A stretch of DNA of 22,392 nt from a virus (IMGVR_UViG_3300038829_000114), one strand, 5' to 3'; shown: positions 7,832 through 16,216, numbered from the stretch's first letter. The notes: generated from the sequence alone by a model not told the origin. Numbers and translations: made by a program.

Positions 7832-8068
7832 CTATCCGAGGGCTTTACCAGACAGTGCAAAAATGTCTGTGTTATCATTAAACGGTTTCAATGAATACTT
7901 GTCTATGATCTTAAACGTATATTGAGGCTTGCCAGCAAACATAGAGACGATTTTTTGTTCGGCGCGGTGCAGGGTGTTTGCTTCAACGACAAAACCCCGT
8001 TCTGTGGCCATTTTTATTCCGTCCCCGTCTATGATAGCGTAGTGGACTTTAATCGTGTGTAAACCCAT
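7832..8068 (-). CDS. Hypothetical protein, 78 aa
   Basis: ORF track; 2-nt gap to upstream gene; stop within CCCTCGGA-TAGAGAT. Confidence 0.75.
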   Translation of the reverse strand: MGLHTIKVHYAIIDGDGIKMATERGFVVEANTLHRAEQKIVSMFAGKPQYTFKIIDKYSLKPFNDNTDIFALSGKALG

Positions 8069-8070
8069 TT

Positions 8071-8307
8071 TTAGCCCTTTGTGTAGTAGATGTAGTCAAG
8101 GCCAAGGTTATCGACAGCAAACCCCATATCAACAAGCCGTGAGCCTGTTTCTGTGTTGGGGCTTTTGTTGACTTTGAAAGCAACTGAGGCCATTTTGCCA
8201 TACATTCCCCGGCCTGAGTAGTCTCTGTATTCGCTGTAAATCGTGGAGTGTAATTCGTTTAGAACCTTGATTGCAGCGACTTTCATTTCGGTGTGTAGGT
8301 GGCTCAT
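8071..8307 (-). CDS. Hypothetical protein with YSGRGMYG motif (uncharacterised phage family)
   Basis: ORF track; AAAGGGG RBS; promoter TTGATT-17-TATAAT. Confidence 0.85.
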   Translation of the reverse strand: MSHLHTEMKVAAIKVLNELHSTIYSEYRDYSGRGMYGKMASVAFKVNKSPNTETGSRLVDMGFAVDNLGLDYIYYTKG

Positions 8308-8380
8308 GTGTTCCCCTTTACGTTATAGAGACATTATAGCTTAGTTAATAGAGACAATCAAGTGTGAGTTTAGAGTGTCT

Positions 8381-8524
8381 CTATTCGAGGTAGCGTTTCA
8401 TAGAGAATCGGCTAGGTTGCCACCAGTAACGCCAATAGCCACCCTTAAGATGAACCCAGCGGAATACCCATTGACCGATTTGCAATTCCCAGGCTGTTGG
8501 CCCTTTGCCGAATAAAAGAACCAT
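8381..8524 (-). CDS. Small Trp-rich protein, 47 aa
   Basis: In-frame ATG 8524 of track ORF 8381-8668, 1 nt after the upstream stop; stop TAG is in a TAGAGAC arm. Confidence 0.65.
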   Translation of the reverse strand: MVLLFGKGPTAWELQIGQWVFRWVHLKGGYWRYWWQPSRFSMKRYLE

Positions 8525-8525
8525 G

Positions 8526-8813
8526 TTAAAAATTCGGGTCTTGGTAGTAGTTTGCTTCACCGATATAGACAAAGCAGGAATCGGTGCGAAAGGCTTTGTG
8601 CTTTGCCGACAATCGGGCTGTAATGATCGGGCCGCTGGGGTCTTGCGCGAATGTATAAACCGCGTCACCAGATCGAAAATTGCCAGAAACGTGAACAGGC
8701 TTTAATTCGCGCAAGGTAAGGGTTTTTTTGCTGGCAGTCATTCCGATAACCTCATAGGGATAACGGTCTGAGCCGACTTGCTTGGTTGCGCGTGTTCCGA
8801 TTTGAATGTCCAT
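8526..8813 (-). CDS. Hypothetical protein with GSDRYPYEV motif (uncharacterised phage family)
   Basis: ORF track 8526-8843; ATG 8813 after GAGG; the upstream ATG lies inside the predicted -10. Confidence 0.85.
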   Translation of the reverse strand: MDIQIGTRATKQVGSDRYPYEVIGMTASKKTLTLRELKPVHVSGNFRSGDAVYTFAQDPSGPIITARLSAKHKAFRTDSCFVYIGEANYYQDPNF

Positions 8814-8898
8814 GATAACGCCTCGCTTTGTTATGACTGTCATAATAACTTAAGTTATAGAGACAATCAAATTTGGGTTTATGGTGTCTCTATAAGAG

Positions 8899-9186
8899 CT
8901 AGCTAAGAACGGTTGCGATTTGGTATGATTCGCCGTCGCTACTTACTTTAATAGCTACGCCGGAAAAAAAGCTGTCTGTGTGGATGCCATGATAACCCTT
9001 TGCGATAAGTTCAGGATGATTTGACCGTAGAAAATCGCTGATATGGTACCAATAACGGCGATAGTATATGAAACCGTCATGGCGTTCATCCTCGCTTAAG
9101 TGGTCGAATTGATCGGCCATAACGCTTTTCGGGACTTCATAGCCGTACTTAAAATGGCGCTGTTTGTTGTTTGTGATGATGTTCAT
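8899..9186 (-). CDS. Hypothetical protein (F.Y...Y...DF.R...DSFFSG motif)
   Basis: ORF track; AAAGGGG RBS; promoter TTGACA(9239-9244)-17-TATACT(9216-9221). Confidence 0.85.
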   Translation of the reverse strand: MNIITNNKQRHFKYGYEVPKSVMADQFDHLSEDERHDGFIYYRRYWYHISDFLRSNHPELIAKGYHGIHTDSFFSGVAIKVSSDGESYQIATVLS

Positions 9187-9294
9187 GGCCTTCCCCTTTG
9201 CGTTATGTTGGAATCAGTATAACTTAAGTTAAGAGGCTTGTCAAATGGGCTTGAGGGGTGGCGGTTTGACAATAAGTAATCACTATGCTACAAT

Positions 9295-9376
9295 ATCTTA
9301 TACCGTTGAGATAGTACGGGACGGGCGGGAAGGTCTAATCATATCAGGGCGTTATAGGACAGACTTCCACATGTAC
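9295..9376 (+). ncRNA. 82-bp inter-promoter element, copy 1 (candidate small RNA)
   Basis: ATCTTATACCGTTGAGATAG..GGACG..GGAAGGTCT-N24-AGACTTCCACATG between TTGACA-17-TACAAT (+) and TGTTATAAT (-). Confidence 0.6.
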
Positions 9377-9435
9377 ATTATAACATGAAAAAAATAGAGA
9401 CGCCACCACTGTTGGTATTGTCTCTATAAGAGGGG

Positions 9436-9576
9436 TTAGCGTTTGTTGTACGAAAATGACAACCAAACATGTCGGCGTTCGGTCTTGCACAGGCTTTGAT
9501 AGAGCTTGTGAGCTTTTTCAAAATGGGTATCTTCGTATTCCCCGACGACTTCGTTTTCAATCATTACATAAACCAT
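9436..9576 (-). CDS. Small protein, 46 aa (MVYVMIENEVVGEYEDTHFEKAHKLYQSLCKTERRHVWLSFSYNKR); not in ORF track
   Basis: Hand translation; AAGGAGG RBS; own module promoter at 9599-9628. Confidence 0.8.
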   Translation of the reverse strand: MVYVMIENEVVGEYEDTHFEKAHKLYQSLCKTERRHVWLSFSYNKR

Positions 9577-9656
9577 TGTTTCCTCCTTTAGTGTTAATAG
9601 TATAGCAGAACAGAGACACCCCCCGCAAGAGTGTTTTGGTGTTGTCTCTATAAGAG

Positions 9657-9887
9657 CTATTTAGGTGCTACAAATTCGATTGGCTCAGGATTCGATAGCG
9701 TAGCAGTCACTTTAACGATACGCCATGCACGTTCGGCGGCAATACGTTCAAATACTTGCCCGTTTGTCTGGTACCCTATGCGGGCCATACCGCCGCACAT
9801 TTTATTGACACATTCGATAGGCCGTTCGCTTAGCGTAAACATTTGGATACCTTCGGACGTTTCAACCGCGTATAAAATTGTTTTCAT
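9657..9887 (-). CDS. Hypothetical protein, 76 aa
   Basis: ORF track; AAAGGGG RBS; promoter TTGTGG-17-TAAACT. Confidence 0.8.
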   Translation of the reverse strand: MKTILYAVETSEGIQMFTLSERPIECVNKMCGGMARIGYQTNGQVFERIAAERAWRIVKVTATLSNPEPIEFVAPK

Positions 9888-9975
9888 AAGTCACCCCTTT
9901 AAGTTATGACGTTAGTTTAACAGAACAGAGACACCCCCACAAACTCAGTCATGGGAGTGTCTCTATTCGAGGGGT

Positions 9976-10440
9976 TTAAGCGGCTTGTGCGGCGGTCAGT
10001 GTTTCGGAGCCTGTAGCTTGTTCGATTGCCAATTCTTCGACAATGAGGCCGGTTGTAAGCACCTTGCCGGAACGCTTGGCTTTTGGCAGGTTTTGAAACA
10101 TGGCCGCTACTTGTTCCTCATACTTGTCCAGGTCGGCAAAATCCTTGAGCATCGTTTCACCTTGTTCGCCAAGAATGACAGCCAAGGCCATGGCGCGTTC
10201 GAGTAGCTTCAAGGCATGCGGAGCCGTGATACCAGAATAGCGGACAAACAACGCCAAAGCCGTTTTGATTGGCACATGGGCAGTCGGCGTATATTGTTCA
10301 TCGGCCTTGACTTCAAAATGGCCGGAAACGCGGACGGCAAGGTCTACCGTATGCTTGCCAACGGATTGCTGCTTACGCAATTCCTTTTGACGCGCATCTT
10401 TAACAATCTTGCTGAGCGCGAACTCTTGTACTGTGTTCAT
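9976..10440 (-). CDS. Hypothetical protein, 154 aa
   Basis: ORF track; AAGGGG RBS; promoter TTGACA(10514-10519)-17-TAGAAT(10491-10496). Confidence 0.85.
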   Translation of the reverse strand: MNTVQEFALSKIVKDARQKELRKQQSVGKHTVDLAVRVSGHFEVKADEQYTPTAHVPIKTALALFVRYSGITAPHALKLLERAMALAVILGEQGETMLKDFADLDKYEEQVAAMFQNLPKAKRSGKVLTTGLIVEELAIEQATGSETLTAAQAA

Positions 10441-10618
10441 TGTTTTACCCCTTTGGCCGTTTTTGGCCGGTTCGTTATCGTATGGAATCCATTCTATCGG
10501 ATTTGCAGGGATTTGTCAAACGAAACAAACATACCCCTTTAGGGGTATGTTAATAACTCGCATAGAGACACCATAAACTATTGTTGCAATGTCTCTAATT
10601 TGCTGGTAAACTGGTTTT

Positions 10619-10858
10619 ATGATTTTACGAAACCAACTTTGCCCGGATTGCGATTCAATGCTAAAAGTAGCAAACCATAACGCGGGACAAGTGTACGCGC
10701 ATTGTTCAAACAATTGCGGGTATTCTACTAAGCCGCGCAATACTCTTATTGACTTGAATGTACATGTTAATGACATTCGCGCCAAGCGTATCGGGCGGGC
10801 CGCTATGAAACTTGGTATTAAAACCGTGGCCGAACTCGAAACCTTGCTGAAAAAGTAG
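10619..10858 (+). CDS. Small zinc-ribbon protein (CPDC...CSNNC), probably leaderless
   Basis: ORF track; ATG is 6 nt after TTGCAA-17-TAAACT and has no RBS. Confidence 0.75.
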   Translation: MILRNQLCPDCDSMLKVANHNAGQVYAHCSNNCGYSTKPRNTLIDLNVHVNDIRAKRIGRAAMKLGIKTVAELETLLKK

Positions 10859-10889
10859 ATTTGACAGCTTGAAAATCCTATGATATAAT

Positions 10890-10970
10890 ATCTTATACGG
10901 TTGAGATAGAGCCGGACGAAAGAGGGGTCTGGTCTGATAGGGCATAGGATGGCTAGACTCCCACATGTAT
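10890..10970 (+). ncRNA. 81-bp inter-promoter element, copy 2
   Basis: Same scaffold as copy 1; flanked by TTGACA-17-TATAAT (10861-10889, +) and TTGACA-17-TAAAAT (10999-10971, -). Confidence 0.6.
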
Positions 10971-11098
10971 ATTTTACCATGTGATATGTTAGTTGTCAAA
11001 CTGGGATGATAATAGCTCTTATAGAGACTATGCTTGTTTGTGTTGCAGTGTCTCTATAACTATGTTAAACTGGTTTCATAACTTGAAGGGGAAAAACG

Positions 11099-11386
11099 AT
11101 GCAAACTTATCAAGCAAAATGGTATTCTGATCCTGGCCATGAGTGGTTACAGGTCGAAAAAAAGGATTGCGTAGCCCTTGGCATTACTGGCAAGGTAAGC
11201 GAGTGCAGCTATCACAAAGGCCAGCATGCCTACTTAGAGGGCGATTGTGATGCGCCTCTGTTTTATAATGCTGTGGAGGCTTTGGGCGGGGTTATCGACA
11301 TGGGCGTAGAAGTAAGCGCAAACGATGACAGTCCTGTGCGCGAAATGTCCCGGATTACCAGCCGCATGAACTGGAGCCAATCATGA
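11099..11386 (+). CDS. Hypothetical protein with SDPGH.WL...SY...YLEGDCDA motif (widespread uncharacterised phage/plasmid family)
   Basis: ORF track; AAGGGG RBS; promoter TTGCAG-17-TAAACT. Confidence 0.9.
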   Translation: MQTYQAKWYSDPGHEWLQVEKKDCVALGITGKVSECSYHKGQHAYLEGDCDAPLFYNAVEALGGVIDMGVEVSANDDSPVREMSRITSRMNWSQS

Positions 11387-11649
11387 TGAAACATGTACCA
11401 GACTCCATGACGTTCGTAACAGATGATTTTAAGGTTGTCAAGCGGGATGTTGCTAACATTGTTATTCACCCTGTCGGCCATAGCTGTCCCGCGATTCGCA
11501 AAGATTGGATGGCTGTCGAAATTACCAGCGTGACCGGCGAGAAATGGTATCGTGGGACGCAGAAGGCGTTTATTGATAGCCATTTGAAAGTCGCTATGGA
11601 AGTCCACCCTAACGATGAAATTTTAGCCAAGTGGCCGGATGCTAACTAG
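11383..11649 (+). CDS. Hypothetical protein, 88 aa
   Basis: ORF track; ATGA overlap. Confidence 0.75.
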   Translation: MMKHVPDSMTFVTDDFKVVKRDVANIVIHPVGHSCPAIRKDWMAVEITSVTGEKWYRGTQKAFIDSHLKVAMEVHPNDEILAKWPDAN

Positions 11650-11729
11650 ATCGAATAGAGACACCGACTAACTAGCGTTTGTGAGGGTAGTCTCTAACTG
11701 GTAAACTGATTGCAACATAAGGGGTTCAC

Positions 11730-12020
11730 ATGAAACGTATTGACATTCATGGTCGTCGCTGGTGGAACAAACGAACGGGAAGCACTTACCATAGCGTCAG
11801 TGTCGAAGTAGACGGCGTTGAAGTATTCAAAATTCCCTTTGCTTATGGGTACGATCAGCAATACTTGACCAATGCAATGAACGAACTCCAGCGCCGGGGG
11901 CTTGTGAGCCGTATACAGTATCAAGGGGGTTCATGGGAAGCGCCATGGGTTTATGCCAAGCGCGTCGGTGTCGAACTCAATTATGGCGCTATGGACGTAA
12001 ACCGTAAAAAAGACCTCTAA
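11730..12020 (+). CDS. Hypothetical protein (RRW...G.TYHS...PFAYGY.QQY motif)
   Basis: ORF track; AAGGGG RBS; stop TAA directly followed by TAGAGAC. Confidence 0.85.
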   Translation: MKRIDIHGRRWWNKRTGSTYHSVSVEVDGVEVFKIPFAYGYDQQYLTNAMNELQRRGLVSRIQYQGGSWEAPWVYAKRVGVELNYGAMDVNRKKDL

Positions 12021-12093
12021 TAGAGACACCGACTAAGGCTATTTGCTTAGAGTCTCTATAACTGATAAACTATTCTTACTTAAAGGGGTTCAC

Positions 12094-12288
12094 ATGAAAT
12101 CATACATTGTTGGCTTAGAGAACAACGAAAAATCGCAGGATGTTATCGAAGCTGATAACATGATGGACGCGGCGGATATGTGGCTAGAATCGCATCCTGA
12201 CGCCTCTGGCCGGGTTATCGTTGAGAATGAGACTGGCGACAAAGCAGGCTATAATGTTAGCACCGTGGCAACTGCTGAGTTAGTATGA
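12094..12288 (+). CDS. Small acidic protein, 64 aa
   Basis: In-frame ATG of track ORF 12043-12288, after AAAGGGG. Confidence 0.75.
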   Translation: MKSYIVGLENNEKSQDVIEADNMMDAADMWLESHPDASGRVIVENETGDKAGYNVSTVATAELV

Positions 12289-12503
12289 ACATCGAACAGG
12301 CCAGAAAACTAAAACGCGGCAATGTTGTTACTCTAGGCCCGTTTGCGGAGGGCCACGGCTTGACAAGACACCAAACAGTTACGGTAGCCAACAACGTCCA
12401 CCAAAGTGGGGCGACATACCAATTACCGAATGGAACGCTTTACATATGGGTTTCAGTTAGGGCCACGCATGAAATCGTCGTGGCCTCTCACCAACTGAGC
12501 TAG
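12285..12503 (+). CDS. Hypothetical protein, 72 aa
   Basis: ORF track; ATGA overlap. Confidence 0.7.
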   Translation: MNIEQARKLKRGNVVTLGPFAEGHGLTRHQTVTVANNVHQSGATYQLPNGTLYIWVSVRATHEIVVASHQLS

Positions 12504-12507
12504 TCTA

Positions 12508-12690
12508 ATGGTCAAAACAAAAGAACAGTGGGCCGCAATCAAAGCAAAATACCGTCCTTTAGTGATGGAAATTTGCCATGATGTTGCTACCCGTATCAAC
12601 AAAGATGCGCCACAAATCGAAGATGACGGGCCTTACAAGTGTCAAATGGCGCTAGAACTCGTTATCGAAGAATTACAAAACCGGGTCTAG
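12508..12690 (+). CDS. Hypothetical protein, 60 aa
   Basis: ORF track; followed by a module. Confidence 0.7.
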   Translation: MVKTKEQWAAIKAKYRPLVMEICHDVATRINKDAPQIEDDGPYKCQMALELVIEELQNRV

Positions 12691-12747
12691 CTCTAATAGA
12701 GACTTCAAAAGCTGTGACTTGCGGAGTCTCTATTAAAATGTTAAACT

Positions 12748-12836
12748 ATACATGCGGAAGTCTGTAGTGGAGTAGTCTCTAAAGGACGGACCACTCCCTT
12801 TGCTTCTCTGTTGCCGTTCGTTCATCGTATAAATAC
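12748..12836 (-). ncRNA. Diverged, inverted fifth copy of the inter-promoter element (89 bp)
   Basis: Minus strand starts GTATTTATACG and ends AGACTTCCGCATGTAT; internal stem GGAGTGGTC/GACTACTCC; flanked by TTGCGG-17-TAAACT (+) and TTGCGA-17-TATACT (-). Confidence 0.4.
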
Positions 12837-12979
12837 AGTATAACCTAAAATCAGCATGTTCGCAAATAGAGATGCTTAGTCCCTCTAAAAGAGCTATCAT
12901 AGTTTGTGCGGTTGTGATTGTCCTTTAACTTAGTTATAATGATGTCATAAGATAACAAACCAACGAAAGGGGTTTCACA

Positions 12980-13900
12980 ATGGCAAAAGAAAAAGGCAAG
13001 TCTGTTTACGAAATCGTTTCGGAACAGATTATCAACATGATTGAAACATCGGGCGAATTACCTTGGCAAAGGCCATGGGTTGCGGGGGAATCGACGCCAA
13101 AAAATTTGAAGTCGAAGAAAGAGTATAACGGCTTTAACGTGTTTTACCTGTCTTGGGTGGCACAAGCTAAAAATTGGGGGCCGTACTGGTTGACTTGGAA
13201 GCAATGCGAGGCTTTTGGCGGCAAGGTAAAGGACGGCGAATCGAAAAACTATACAATCGTGACATTTTGGAAGTTTTTTGACAATCGAACGTCTGAACAA
13301 GTTGAAGCAGGCGCGAACGGCAAAAGCATACCAATGTTGCGCTACTATAGGGTTTACAATGCCGATCAATGCGACGGACTGAAGCTGCCAGCAAAAGCGC
13401 CCATGCCTAACGTGGTATCGCCGGTCGAAGCTGCGGACGCAATCGTCAAGGGCTACATTTTGGGGCCGTCCATTGTCCACGGCAACGGCGGACGCGCAAG
13501 CTATTCGCCATTGCTTGACACTGTGAACATGCCAGCCGTTGAATCGTTTACGTCGGTGTCTGGTTACTACGGTGTTTTGTTTCACGAATTGGTACATTCA
13601 ACAGGCCATGAAAAGCGGTTAAAGCGTGACATTGCTAACACATATGGCACTGAACCGTATGGCCGCGAAGAATTGATCGCTGAACTAGGGGCCGCTATGC
13701 TATGTGCAAAGGCCGGAATTGCCCCAAATATCGACAATTCAGTTGGCTACCTGCAAAGCTGGCTCAAAGCAATCAAAAGCGACCCAAAGGCAATTGTGAC
13801 GGCGACAGGTAAGGCCGACAAAGCTGCCAAGTATATCGCGGGCGAAACAAAGGCCGAAAGCCTAGACAGCGACGAAAGCGAACAGGCCGAAGCTGCCTAA
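12980..13900 (+). CDS. ardC: ArdC-family anti-restriction / ssDNA-binding protein with zincin-like C-terminal domain
   Basis: LPWQRPW, YNGFN, WLTWKQ...GGKVK.GE, LRYYRVYNADQ (ArdC N-domain); YY..LFHELVHSTGH...YGREELIAELGAA (HExxH zincin-like fold). Confidence 0.9.
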   Translation: MAKEKGKSVYEIVSEQIINMIETSGELPWQRPWVAGESTPKNLKSKKEYNGFNVFYLSWVAQAKNWGPYWLTWKQCEAFGGKVKDGESKNYTIVTFWKFFDNRTSEQVEAGANGKSIPMLRYYRVYNADQCDGLKLPAKAPMPNVVSPVEAADAIVKGYILGPSIVHGNGGRASYSPLLDTVNMPAVESFTSVSGYYGVLFHELVHSTGHEKRLKRDIANTYGTEPYGREELIAELGAAMLCAKAGIAPNIDNSVGYLQSWLKAIKSDPKAIVTATGKADKAAKYIAGETKAESLDSDESEQAEAA

Positions 13901-13984
13901 CTCTAATAGAGACACCTTAGTCGGTAACTTGGCTAGGGTGTCTCTAGTTTGGTAGAATAGACTTATAACGTAAAGGGGTTTACG

Positions 13985-14287
13985 ATGAAAGTTATCCAAG
14001 ACATGACAGTGTTAAAAGCAATGCAGCGCCGGGGCTTGATTCGATTCCACGAGGATACGGGCAAGCTGGTTGGCCAATTGTTTAGCAATCGTAAGGCAAA
14101 AGCCTATTACATTGACGGCGGACCTCGGACGGTGTTTGACTATGATGATTCCCGCTACCAGATCAAATATTTTGATGGTTGCTTTTGTCCTTTTGTTGTC
14201 GAAATCGGGCCGCGTTTGATGACTGAAGAGGAAAAAATTGTTTGGGGAATACCTTTGGAAAGGGTGTGTTATGTCAATGTCAACTAA
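13985..14287 (+). CDS. Hypothetical protein (KYFDGCFCPFV motif)
   Basis: ORF track; ATAACGTAAAGGGG leader. Confidence 0.85.
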   Translation: MKVIQDMTVLKAMQRRGLIRFHEDTGKLVGQLFSNRKAKAYYIDGGPRTVFDYDDSRYQIKYFDGCFCPFVVEIGPRLMTEEEKIVWGIPLERVCYVNVN

Positions 14288-14603
14288 ATTTGAAGTAGAC
14301 ATGACGGTTGCTGTGTTTGACCGATCTGGAATACGGGCAAGGCGCGTCATTGTCTCTATCAGCCCGAAACGTGGTGATATTAAACTGAACGATGAATCAA
14401 AATATGATTCGCGGGGTTATTCTGGCTCAACATGGGAGCATTGGCACATTGAGCCTTGGACAGATACCCATGCGGTTGAACTAAAACGCCGTATCAATTT
14501 GCAAACGCTCAAGGGTATCCACTGGGAAACGCTGAGCGCCGATAAGATTCAAGCGGTTTTGGATGTGTTGAAAGCTGAGCCAGAACCTAAACCCATCGAA
14601 TAG
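14271..14603 (+). CDS. Hypothetical protein, ~110 aa
   Basis: In-frame ATG of track ORF 14238-14603 after GGAAAGGG; stop TAG is in a TAGAGAC arm. Confidence 0.75.
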   Translation: MSMSTKFEVDMTVAVFDRSGIRARRVIVSISPKRGDIKLNDESKYDSRGYSGSTWEHWHIEPWTDTHAVELKRRINLQTLKGIHWETLSADKIQAVLDVLKAEPEPKPIE

Positions 14604-14675
14604 AGACACTGTAGTAAGACACTGGCTAACATAGTCTCTATCTGATAAACTGTATTCAAGTAAAGGGGAATTGAT

Positions 14676-14969
14676 ATGGAAACATGCTATGATCGAAATT
14701 ATAAATGCTGTGAACAACTAACACCGCTAGAACATTTTCAGAAACACGGTTATTACTCTAGCAACGAAATAGGACCAAACATGTCAAAACCAAAATGTCA
14801 ACTGCTCGGCCAAGACTCCAACGTGTTTAACTTGGTTGGGATTGCTTCTCAAACCCTGAAACGTGCGGGACAGCCGGATAACGCTAAGGCAATGACTGAC
14901 CGCGTATTTGCTTCAGGTAGCTTTGATGAAGCATTAGGCATCATCATGGAATATGTGGACGTAGAATGA
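14676..14969 (+). CDS. Hypothetical protein; C-terminal KPKCQLLGQDSNVFNL...SGSFDEAL.II.EYV domain (widespread uncharacterised family); second start possible at 14781
   Basis: ORF track; AAAGGGG before 14676 and AGGA before 14781. Confidence 0.85.
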   Translation: METCYDRNYKCCEQLTPLEHFQKHGYYSSNEIGPNMSKPKCQLLGQDSNVFNLVGIASQTLKRAGQPDNAKAMTDRVFASGSFDEALGIIMEYVDVE

Positions 14970-15199
14970 AAACTTACGAACTACCTTATGGCCTTGTGAT
15001 CGAAACCCAAAACAACGGTGTCGGGACCGTCAAAGAATCTTGTAAGCAAGGCGGCGAAAACCCTGAGCTTAACGCGGCTTTAGACGGTGTTGAGGCAATT
15101 ATGTTAGCTTTGGCTTGTGCTGGGGTTGATATTGATAACGAGCCTGTTCATAATGCCTTTGTGACTGCTGTAGATGCCATTGAAAACAACTTAGGTTAA
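14966..15199 (+). CDS. Hypothetical protein, 77 aa
   Basis: ORF track; ATGA overlap. Confidence 0.8.
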   Translation: MKTYELPYGLVIETQNNGVGTVKESCKQGGENPELNAALDGVEAIMLALACAGVDIDNEPVHNAFVTAVDAIENNLG

Positions 15200-15204
15200 T
15201 AACA

Positions 15205-15282
15205 CTCTAGCGCCCCTTATCCGATTCCCACGCTAGAGACTACTTGGAAAGAATCGGATGGTGCCCGGTTGGGGATAGCCCC
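15205..15282 (+). other. Candidate H-type pseudoknot plus small hairpin in intergenic DNA
   Basis: CTCTAGCG 15205-15212 / CGCTAGAG 15231-15238; loop ATCCGATTC 15219-15227 / GAATCGGAT 15251-15259; GGGG-ATAG-CCCC 15271-15282. Confidence 0.5.
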
Positions 15283-15287
15283 TCTAA

Positions 15288-15332
15288 TAGAGACATTACC
15301 TTCCCCCTTTTTGGTAGTGTCTCTATTTTTTT
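15288..15332 (+). terminator. Module hairpin with T7 tract (intrinsic-terminator-like)
   Basis: 13-bp stem TAGAGACATTACC/GGTAGTGTCTCTA followed by TTTTTTT; equivalent on minus strand at 9388-9426. Confidence 0.6.
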
Positions 15333-15340
15333 GTTATAAT

Positions 15341-15422
15341 GTATTCATACGGTTGAGATAGAACCGGACGGAAAGGGGAGTCTGTTCTTATGCTATGAAT
15401 AGAGACTCTACTACCCCATTAT
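15341..15422 (+). ncRNA. 82-bp inter-promoter element, copy 3
   Basis: GTATTCATACGGTTGAGATAGAACCGGACG..GGGGAGTCT-N19-AGACTC; flanked by TGTTATAAT (+) and TTGACA-17-TATTAT (15451-15423, -). Confidence 0.55.
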
Positions 15423-15554
15423 ATAATACCATTTAGGTTCATGCTTGTCAAACGTGGAGTCAATCTATATCGGATAGAGATACTAACCCTAGTTATATAG
15501 CGGGGGTGTAGTCTCTATGATAGAATGGATTCATAACTTGAAAAGGGGAATCAC

Positions 15555-15932
15555 ATGTTCAAAGTATCAGTAAAGTCAAAGCGTCAAAGCCGTTTGTTGC
15601 CTGGGGGTGTCCCTCGCTGGATTCGTTGCTATGATAACGGGGGGACAGATGCAGGCGGCTCAATTGACCGTTACACCGTGATTTATACGGGCCGATGGAA
15701 AGGCCGGGAACGTGGCACTGATTACTATGTGGCTATGAATGCTGCACCGTTTCACCCGCAAGGTTTTGGGCAACACGGTGAAATAAGTTTTAGCCAGTTG
15801 GGGGACGGTCAGACTGCAATGGACCGGCCTAAGTATTCACACCTTGGTAAGAAAATTACATTTAAGTATTTGCCTACCGATTGTCAAAAGCTGGTTCTAA
15901 GCGATTACAAGGATATTTGGGGCCTCGAATAG
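15555..15932 (+). CDS. Hypothetical protein (YDNGG...DRYTV motif family)
   Basis: ORF track; AAGGGG RBS; stop TAG is in a TAGAGAT arm. Confidence 0.85.
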   Translation: MFKVSVKSKRQSRLLPGGVPRWIRCYDNGGTDAGGSIDRYTVIYTGRWKGRERGTDYYVAMNAAPFHPQGFGQHGEISFSQLGDGQTAMDRPKYSHLGKKITFKYLPTDCQKLVLSDYKDIWGLE

Positions 15933-16003
15933 AGATACCTTAGATATTGTGTTGAGTTGTAGTCTCTATTTTGGTAAACTGATTTTAAGTAAAGGGGAAT
16001 CAC

Positions 16004-16216
16004 ATGAGCGCACAAAAAATGTTTGGTTGCAGTACGGAAATGCTGGACCTTACAATATCGAACAATTTCCGGTCGCATGACGTTAAAATGCTTTTGACAG
16101 GCATTTTGAGCGAATCGCAAGAGGCTATGGCGCGGGGCAATCTGGAAACAGCGCGGCAACAGATCAACCAAGTCAAGTACCTTATCGACAAACTTGAAGT
16201 CAAGCGGGGGAACTAA
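16004..16216 (+). CDS. Hypothetical helical protein, 70 aa
   Basis: ORF track; AAAGGGG RBS; promoter TTGAGT-17-TAAACT. Confidence 0.8.
   Translation: MSAQKMFGCSTEMLDLTISNNFRSHDVKMLLTGILSESQEAMARGNLETARQQINQVKYLIDKLEVKRGN

Larger units (their letters stand above)
6932..9965 (-). repeat. TAGAGAC-N18-26-GTCTCTA inverted-repeat/promoter modules, minus-oriented set (7 copies)
   Basis: Pairs at 6932-6971, 7803-7834, 8349-8383, 8858-8892, 9395-9426, 9611-9650 and 9926-9965. Confidence 0.95.

Noticed and set aside
9378-9560. Track ORF with TTG start
   Set aside because: A different frame (9436-9576) has an ATG, an AAGGAGG RBS and stops before the module; the track ORF runs through the module.
15205-15282. 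HDV-like ribozyme
   Set aside because: No P3/L3 nested between the P2 5' strand and the P1 3' strand, and no P1.1/J4-2 pattern.
9295-15400. Pseudoknot between the element's 5' ATCTTAT/TATTCATA and the variable segment
   Set aside because: Pairing is visible in copies 1-3, but these bases lie between the -10 and the predicted +1, so are probably not transcribed; weak in copy 4.
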